DNA from: an uncultured Verrucomicrobiae bacterium
GTDB taxonomy: Bacteria > Verrucomicrobiota > Verrucomicrobiia > Chthoniobacterales > UBA10450
NCBI GenBank assembly: GCA_963749935.1
Contig: CAVVOH010000003.1
Location: 492,153 to 556,152 of the forward strand
Direction: 5' to 3'
Length of the DNA stretch: 64,000 nucleotides
Below, one piece after another: positions 58,544 through 64,000 of the stretch. The first letter of the stretch is position 1. Each line of letters opens with the position of its first letter. The notes beneath the pieces are model-generated. The model made no database searches and was not told the DNA's origin. It saw only the letters and a program-made list of their open reading frames with translations. A program made the position numbers and the translations under genes.

Positions 58544-60193
58544 TTGAAACGATCGACTACATTCTTTCAGTTCTTTTCGATGTCCGCTTTTCGCTTTCCC
58601 TTTTCCTCCTGGATGGGCGACTCTGCTGGCTGGCTGCTGGTAGCGTCAATCTTTTATATTCCCTGGAATTATGGCGGCACCAGCGCGTCCGGCATTGACG
58701 TCCTCAACGCTCTCCTGGGCGGCGCCTTCTTTTGCTGGCTCGTCTCCAGCCTCGCGCGAGGGAAAAACCCCGACCACGGCTGGTTGCCCTGGCTTCTCGG
58801 GGGGGTCATCCTTCTCCTACTTTCGTTAGGCTGGGGCATGGCCTTAAATGCCCGCGCCATCTCCGACGCCGATTACCAGATCATGGTTCCGCGCGCCGCA
58901 CCTTTTCCCGGCGCCCCCGGTTCGCTCGATCTCGCCCTCAGCATCGCCATGATGTGGCGGGTCAGCGCGCTGCTCGGCGCGCTCTGGATCGTGACCCGGC
59001 TGGTCCGGGATGAACGCTGGCTCCTTCGCATCTGGTGGTCGCTGGCTTTGGCCGGCGCATCCATCGGCCTCCTAGGGCTGCTCCAAAAAGCGACCGGGGC
59101 GCAAATGATCTTCTGGGACCAGCTCGAGCCGGGTGAGCCGCCGATCACGACTTTTTTTGCGACGTTCTTTTACCACGCCAACGCCGGCGGTTATCTCAAC
59201 CTGGCTCTCCCCGCCGTGCTCGGGCTCGCCTTCCGCTACGTCACCCGGCCCGCTCACCCGGCGGGCCGGGCGCTTTGGATTCCTCTTTCCTTCATCATGA
59301 TCGTGGCCTTGTTTTCAAACACGTCGCGAGCCGGACAGGTGGTCGCGGGGGCGATAGTTCTCGCGCTCCTGCTCTTTTGGATGCCGCTCCTTTTTCGTCG
59401 GCGGCTAATCAGGCTCAGAATCGCGCTCGTCGCAGTTCCGGTCGGTCTCCTCACATTCTGGGCGATCGCCCGGACGAGCCATCTCGATAGCTCTTTTGGT
59501 CGGTGGGAACGCTTCACCACCAGTTGGTCGGGCGACGCCCGATGGGAGGTCGATGCGGTCGCCCTCGACGCGCTCCCCGAGGCGGGCCCTTTCGGGTTTG
59601 GCCCAGGGACCTTCAACGCAGTGTTCCCCGTCCTGCTCGAAGAGCGAGGGAAACGGATCGAAGACCAGGAATGGATCTTCCTTCACAACGACTGGCTGCA
59701 AACGGTCCTGGAATGGGGCTGGATCGGAGCGGCGCTCTGGGCCGTGTTATTCTTCGGAGGGATCATTGCCGCCTACGCTTATCTTCGGCAAAGCAGCGCG
59801 GAAAGCTGGCTCCCGCGCCAGCGTACGATCCTGCTCGTGGCGCTCGTCGCCCTGACGGGCGTCGCCTTCCATGCCATGATCGACTTCCCCCTCCAGATCG
59901 CCTCTATACAACTCTCCGCCGCAATCTATCTCGGAGTGTGCTGGGGAAGCCCAGCGTGGAGACAAGTGGGGAGGCCGGAGGTGAAGGAGAAAGGAGAAAG
60001 GAGAAAGGAGAAAGGAGAAAGGAGAAAGGAGAAAGTAGCCGTAACGGATGCCGAGCAACGGCCGGGCTTTCAAAGGCTAAAGGCTAACCTGGCTCCTGGC
60101 CCGTTCTCCGGTGATGTTTCCAATCCCGGGGACGTCGTCGGTGGCGCACCTGGAAGAGAATATGGCGGCCGCCAAGCTACAGCTTACACCTGA
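58544..60193 (+). CDS. O-antigen ligase / Wzy-like polytopic membrane protein; the C-terminal ~70 codons (heptamer repeat onward) are probably not native
   Basis: 549-aa ORF with ~10-12 hydrophobic segments (WLLVASIFYIPWNYGG, LLLSLGWGMALN, LGALWIVT, SLALAGASIGLLGLL, ...HNDWLQTVLEWGWIGAALW, typical of the Wzy_C region). Follows wzc directly. Confidence 0.55.
   Translation: MKRSTTFFQFFSMSAFRFPFSSWMGDSAGWLLVASIFYIPWNYGGTSASGIDVLNALLGGAFFCWLVSSLARGKNPDHGWLPWLLGGVILLLLSLGWGMALNARAISDADYQIMVPRAAPFPGAPGSLDLALSIAMMWRVSALLGALWIVTRLVRDERWLLRIWWSLALAGASIGLLGLLQKATGAQMIFWDQLEPGEPPITTFFATFFYHANAGGYLNLALPAVLGLAFRYVTRPAHPAGRALWIPLSFIMIVALFSNTSRAGQVVAGAIVLALLLFWMPLLFRRRLIRLRIALVAVPVGLLTFWAIARTSHLDSSFGRWERFTTSWSGDARWEVDAVALDALPEAGPFGFGPGTFNAVFPVLLEERGKRIEDQEWIFLHNDWLQTVLEWGWIGAALWAVLFFGGIIAAYAYLRQSSAESWLPRQRTILLVALVALTGVAFHAMIDFPLQIASIQLSAAIYLGVCWGSPAWRQVGRPEVKEKGERRKEKGERRKEKVAVTDAEQRPGFQRLKANLAPGPFSGDVSNPGDVVGGAPGREYGGRQATAYT
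59984..60035. repeat. Heptanucleotide microsatellite (AAGGAGA) x 7.4
   Basis: aaggaga repeated 7 times, then aag; read directly from the sequence. Translated in the ligase-like ORF as EKGERRKEKGERRKEK. Confidence 0.9.
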
Positions 60194-60221
60194 CGAGTTG
60201 CACTCGTTAGGGGCGAGCTAA
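60087..60221 (+). pseudogene. C-terminal ~44-codon relic of an aldo/keto reductase
   Basis: Own translation: TWLLARSPVMFPIPGTSSVAHLEENMAAAKLQLTPDELHSLGAS*. It matches the conserved AKR C-terminus (..W.L.....v.PIPGt....hLeeN..a....L...e...L). No upstream AKR sequence is present. Confidence 0.6.
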
Positions 60222-60261
60222 GCACAACGCCTCCCGCTAATGGCGGATGGCCGGTTTATGC

Positions 60262-61131
60262 TCAAGCTGGCTCGGTATCGTGCAGCCGAGCGTAATCGAC
60301 GGTCAGCCGGCCGTCGCCGTGATCAGTGTAGATCTCGACGAAGCGTTCATCGAACCGGATATCTCGAAAAGTGTAATCCTGCTGAGTTTGAACTGAAGCA
60401 GGAATAACCGGATCAATGCCGACGACAGAAGCGACGATGAGGACGCGGTCGCGCTCGAGCGACTCGAGAGTCTGGCCGTAGAGCGGGCTGCTCTCATCGA
60501 TGACGTGGCGTAGAGTGAGCGCGGCCGGAAAGGTGGGCAGGCGATCGAACTGAAGTTTCAAGTTATAGAAGTAGCGAAACTCGCCGCCTTCCTGCAAAGG
60601 CTCGTCACGGTTGAAGAGGATGCGGAATTCCGCCTCGATCATGCTGCGATGACGCAAGTTGCCGATGCGCAACATCAGTGTGGGCCGGCCATTCAAGGGC
60701 GCGATGACGACCGAGCGGCTAAAGACGATGCGCGCCGTCGGGCGGGAGAAGCGAACGAAGATGAGGCCAGTCATGACAGCGAGCAAAAAGAGGCCGCTCA
60801 TTATCTCAATCGTGGTGAGAACGTTGCTGTAGAAATTGCTCGGATACATGTTCCCGTAACCCACGGTGGCAAGGGTTTGGACACTAAAAAAGAAGGCGTC
60901 GACGGCCGAGCCGGGCCGCATGTGCGCGACACAGTTGCCGCCAAAGAGGTAGAGCGAACCAAACAGGATATTGAGGGCGAGGTAGACGGTGGCGACGACC
61001 AGAGCGAACTGAGGCCAGGTAAGCGCCAGCATCCATTGGTAGACATCGCGCCATTCCCACTTCTCGGCATTGAGCTTGACGAATTCGATCTGCCCGGCAC
61101 GGATGGTTACAGGATGGCTTCTCGATTTCAT
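60262..61131 (-). CDS. Inward-rectifier-type (KirBac-like) potassium channel
   Basis: 289-aa ORF. Two TM helices flank the selectivity filter TLATVGYGNMYP. C-terminal cytoplasmic Ig-like domain (FSRSVVIAPLNGRPTLMLRIGNLR...). Confidence 0.85.
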   Translation of the reverse strand: MKSRSHPVTIRAGQIEFVKLNAEKWEWRDVYQWMLALTWPQFALVVATVYLALNILFGSLYLFGGNCVAHMRPGSAVDAFFFSVQTLATVGYGNMYPSNFYSNVLTTIEIMSGLFLLAVMTGLIFVRFSRPTARIVFSRSVVIAPLNGRPTLMLRIGNLRHRSMIEAEFRILFNRDEPLQEGGEFRYFYNLKLQFDRLPTFPAALTLRHVIDESSPLYGQTLESLERDRVLIVASVVGIDPVIPASVQTQQDYTFRDIRFDERFVEIYTDHGDGRLTVDYARLHDTEPA

Positions 61132-61361
61132 AAAACCAGTTTAACGCGGTTTTCGCGTTTGCGAGACCAGAGCGATCCGCGCTGGTATGTTGGCTGCGTT
61201 TGGACGGTGCCCGGCCTTTTTGTCGAGGTTTTGCGGCACGAACGCCGCTCGGTAACTCGGGCGTGGGACCGATTGCCGGTAATTCTGCTTAAAGGAGCAT
61301 AAAATGTTTGCGCCCAGATTTCGATTGACGCCTAACGAAGAACCTGTTGTGAATCGCACCC

Positions 61362-61838
61362 ATGAACAACAAACGCACTCTCTTAGTGGCAGCAGCGCTG
61401 TGGTTAACAGCAGCCGCCGCAGGATTCGCTGCCAGTGCCCAAATGGGCACTTGGAAGCTCGACGAAAGTAAATCCAAACTCGCGCCGGGCGCGACGAAAA
61501 ACTATACCGTGACCTACACCGAGGCGAAGGATGGCATGATCAAATTGACCGTGGAAGGCGTGGATAAGGATGGCAAAGCCATCAAGTGGACCTGGAAGGG
61601 GAAGTTCGATGGACAGCCGCAAAAGGTAAAAGCGAAAGGCGATGCGATCGTCGACACCATGTCCTACAAGCAAGTCAACGACCAGACTAATAGCCTGACA
61701 GGCATGAAAGATGGCAAGATAGTGATCAGCGGCACGATTACTGTGGCTAAAGACGGCAAATCGCGCGTCGTGACGAATACCTACACCGACGCCGACGGAA
61801 AGAAACACACCGACAAGGCCTACTACGACAAGCAATAG
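61362..61838 (+). CDS. Hypothetical secreted protein (158 aa, Lys/Thr/Asp-rich beta-type sequence)
   Basis: Signal peptide MNNKRTLLVAAALWLTAAAAGFAASA. No family recognised. Local GC is lower than in the rest of the window. Confidence 0.55.
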   Translation: MNNKRTLLVAAALWLTAAAAGFAASAQMGTWKLDESKSKLAPGATKNYTVTYTEAKDGMIKLTVEGVDKDGKAIKWTWKGKFDGQPQKVKAKGDAIVDTMSYKQVNDQTNSLTGMKDGKIVISGTITVAKDGKSRVVTNTYTDADGKKHTDKAYYDKQ

Positions 61839-62038
61839 CTGGGGGTGAATCAGGAATCGAAACGGCTGCTCTCCCGGTGACGGACGGGCCGCTGGGTTTG
61901 ACGCGTCAGGGAAGGCATCCTGGGTGGGCCGAGCGGTAACGTGGCTTTGATCTCGAATTCCCTGTCGCGGCTACCTAAACCTTTCCTCATTGTGCTCCAG
62001 TTTCTGCCTTCGCGAGATCTTGAGCAAAGAATGAAACT

Positions 62039-62470
62039 ATGAAAAGAAGTTGGATTGCAACTCTGGCAACGTGCCTGGTTGGTAGCGGCGTATTGGTAGG
62101 CGCGGGATCTGAGCCGGACTTCTTATTCAAGAATCTCGCTTACTTTCATCGCTGGTCGCAGAAGGAGCAGCATGAGTATACACCGGCGAAGCAGGAGGAC
62201 CTGGATAAGTGGACCGACATGGTCACGATCGATGGTTACTCCACGGTGCATGACGGGGATGCCCTGGCGGAGCGGGCTAATTCTGTCCTGGAAAACTACA
62301 AGACGCACCAGGCGATCGTGCTCAAGACCAGCTCTGTCCCCCGCATGGCAGACAGGCCGGCGGAGCACTTTGTCGCCGTCGTCTTTGCTCAGCCGAAGTT
62401 TTGTGAAGTCGCCTTTGCCCGGTTTCGATTGATCCAAGGCAAGGGTTTCGCGGTGGTTTACTCCCATTGA
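62039..62470 (+). CDS. Hypothetical secreted protein (143 aa)
   Basis: Signal peptide MKRSWIATLATCLVGSGVLVGAG. No family recognised. Confidence 0.5.
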   Translation: MKRSWIATLATCLVGSGVLVGAGSEPDFLFKNLAYFHRWSQKEQHEYTPAKQEDLDKWTDMVTIDGYSTVHDGDALAERANSVLENYKTHQAIVLKTSSVPRMADRPAEHFVAVVFAQPKFCEVAFARFRLIQGKGFAVVYSH

Positions 62471-63049
62471 ATCTACGGCCAGAAAGCGGGAGACGCGATG
62501 AGTGCCTGGGTCAAGGCAAACGCGCCGTCCAGCGAGAAGGCTCTCCTTGGATGGGAGTCGCTTCCGAAATTTCCGCCCTGATCCATCCGGCATGACTCGG
62601 CGATTTACGGGGCCGTTCTCTTCCTCATCGCAGCAGTGACGCTGGCACCGGTCGCATCGGTAATGGTGTTTGGATGGGTGGCCCACGCACATGGCTGCAG
62701 GGTGGACGAAGGATCGGCGCATCCCTGCATTATCGACGGGAAAGATTACGGCCAGCTTCTTTATACGCTCGGGGTGCTGGGCTGGCTGATGTTGGTCACC
62801 CTGCCGCTCGGCGGCTCGCTTTTTGCGCGTGTTTCATCGTACTGCTGCTCCATCGTACGCGATGGCGGCGGCAGCGGCCGCCCCCAATTCCCGCCGTGAC
62901 GTGATAGCGGCGGCTCAGCCTAGTTGAAATCCGACGATTCAGGACATGTTTCCGACCACTTGCGACATATTTCCCAACTCGAAATGCAAATCAGTTGCGT
63001 GCCAGCGTCTCTCTGGGATAGGCTTTTCTTTTCCACGGAGGAGAAAATC

Positions 63050-63394
63050 TTGAAACCAACGATCCGAATTCTCGCTGCATCTGTTTTGCTCCTGCTGCTG
63101 GCGGCAAATATGACGAGCTGCAGCCCGGAAAATGCAGAGGAAGTTGCGATGGTGCCGATCAGCCCGCTCGATGCCAGGATCAACAGCTTCGAGAAAACAA
63201 CGAACGAATACGTACGCCTCTCGAGAAAACACACGACCGGCGACGTGAGCATCACCGTGCTGCTGATCCAAGCACGCAAAAGTTTGCAGGAAGAAAAGGC
63301 AACGCTGCAACAGGCAGCGCCGCAGATGACGCCGCAGCAGTCAGAAAAAGTGGCGGCCATTTCGGCCAAAGCCGATCCCTATCTACCAAAATAG
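63050..63394 (+). CDS. Hypothetical lipoprotein (~114 aa); TTG start inferred
   Basis: LKPTIRILAASVLLLLLAANMTSCSPEN (lipobox) inside ORF 62924-63394. Helical remainder. Confidence 0.45.
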   Translation: MKPTIRILAASVLLLLLAANMTSCSPENAEEVAMVPISPLDARINSFEKTTNEYVRLSRKHTTGDVSITVLLIQARKSLQEEKATLQQAAPQMTPQQSEKVAAISAKADPYLPK

Positions 63395-63716
63395 GAACTG
63401 AGATGCCTTCACCGGGGTCTTTCAGGCTGGTAGTGGCCGCAACGGCACCGGCGTTTCCCAGCGAGGTCGGTTGAATCACCGAGCAGCGCGGGAAACTGGC
63501 ATCGATGAATTGACACGTCTCCGGCATGATGAAGGCCCTATCTCGCAACGATTCAATCTTACTAACGCGACGACTCTTTGACTTGGCTGGCGATTGCACA
63601 AAGCCGAGCTTCGTGCAGGACTGTTATAAGCACCGGGGGAGAACCTAAGGAAATGAGTAGTAACTGAACAGTTACATTCTGTCTTGCTGGAAGAAACGTC
63701 CGGCGGGCAGGCGTCC

Positions 63717-64000
63717 TTAGCGAGCCGAGGCCAGCGTGGCCCGCTGGGCGGGCGCGAGCCATTCCTTTGCCCTGGCGGGATTCGAACGCGCGAAGGCATT
63801 CACTTTCGTAGCCTGTTCGGAAGTGAGGTTGAGTCGGGCGTAAGGCGTGCCTTCGAGTTGTTTCTTCTGGTCGCTCGCAGGGGCAACGCGATAGCTGTTA
63901 TCTAATTTTCCACCCACCGTCACTCCGCCGACCGAAGTCGCAGTCGTCCCGCTGGTAAGATGAATCCGATCCGCCACCCCCGCCTGCCGGGCGCGACGGG
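63717..64000 (-). CDS. Hypothetical protein, C-terminal part; may start beyond the right edge
   Basis: ORF 63717-63977 (GTG start in the track) stays open upstream to the window end. No family recognised. Confidence 0.3.
   Translation of the reverse strand, partial: RRARQAGVADRIHLTSGTTATSVGGVTVGGKLDNSYRVAPASDQKKQLEGTPYARLNLTSEQATKVNAFARSNPARAKEWLAPAQRATLASAR

Noticed and set aside
59984-60035. Considered whether the AAGGAGA tract is a CRISPR-like array or a functional multi-SD translation initiation region
   Set aside because: The units abut without spacers, so it is not CRISPR. The only downstream ATG (about 60047) opens a 10-codon ORF, so it is not a start region. I kept it as a microsatellite.
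62593-62899. Possible small two-TM membrane protein (ORF 62636-62899, with an upstream ATG at ~62593 in another frame)
   Set aside because: It has no family resemblance, needs yet another frameshift to obtain a start, and is overlapped by an equally long antisense ORF. Evidence is insufficient.

Overview
GC-rich bacterial chromosomal window with about 60 genes. Gene content and repeat families suggest a Verrucomicrobiota/PVC-type organism, but that is a guess I cannot test here.

Backbone genes, left to right: secA (partial), ridA, pyrE; sdhCAB; a DedA-PAP2 fusion; a 2-oxoacid dehydrogenase E1alpha/E1beta/E2 operon; a rhodanese-IscU-SufT Fe-S cluster group; an arylsulfotransferase; rplI-dnaB; tkt; cell-wall genes (polysaccharide deacetylase, amidase); an MFS transporter; metH; a ClC channel; an acyl desaturase; tRNA-Pro and tRNA-Glu; a DUF2891-like/metal-binding gene pair; a Wza/Wzc-type polysaccharide export cluster; a Kir-type K+ channel; and several small hypothetical secreted proteins.

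Accessory content:
- An ~8-kb minus-strand reading frame, split into three ORF pieces. It encodes a sulfotransferase, a coiled coil, a GT2 domain, three CgeB-like glycosyltransferase modules and a second GT2 domain, with a convergent methyltransferase next to it.
- A tandem array of three paralogous fibre genes with C-terminal Peptidase S74-type auto-processing domains.

Main hunt results:
1. A complete RAYT/IS200-like Y1 transposase unit with REP-like inverted hairpin ends sits in-frame inside metH.
2. The octamer CCTAACGA (usually GCCTAACGA) occurs about 36 times on both strands, against roughly 1-2 expected. It is absent from 4.8-18.3 kb, which holds most of the giant glycosyltransferase frame and the fibre array.
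3. The giant enzyme has the layout of a fused polymerase-terminator with a coiled-coil ruler.
4. Rearrangement scars are present: a duplicated sdhC promoter/5' end flanking fibre gene 3, a relic fibre-gene 3' end at 11.9 kb, and an aldo-keto reductase C-terminal relic next to an (AAGGAGA)7 microsatellite.
5. A perfect 24-bp palindrome lies upstream of metH.

Caveats: about 30 single-nucleotide frame breaks interrupt conserved genes, including dnaB, rplI, tkt and metH. I cannot tell from the sequence whether these are assembly indels or real decay. All calls come from reading the sequence and ORF track by eye. No database search was run, and coordinates of non-ORF features may be off by a few nt.
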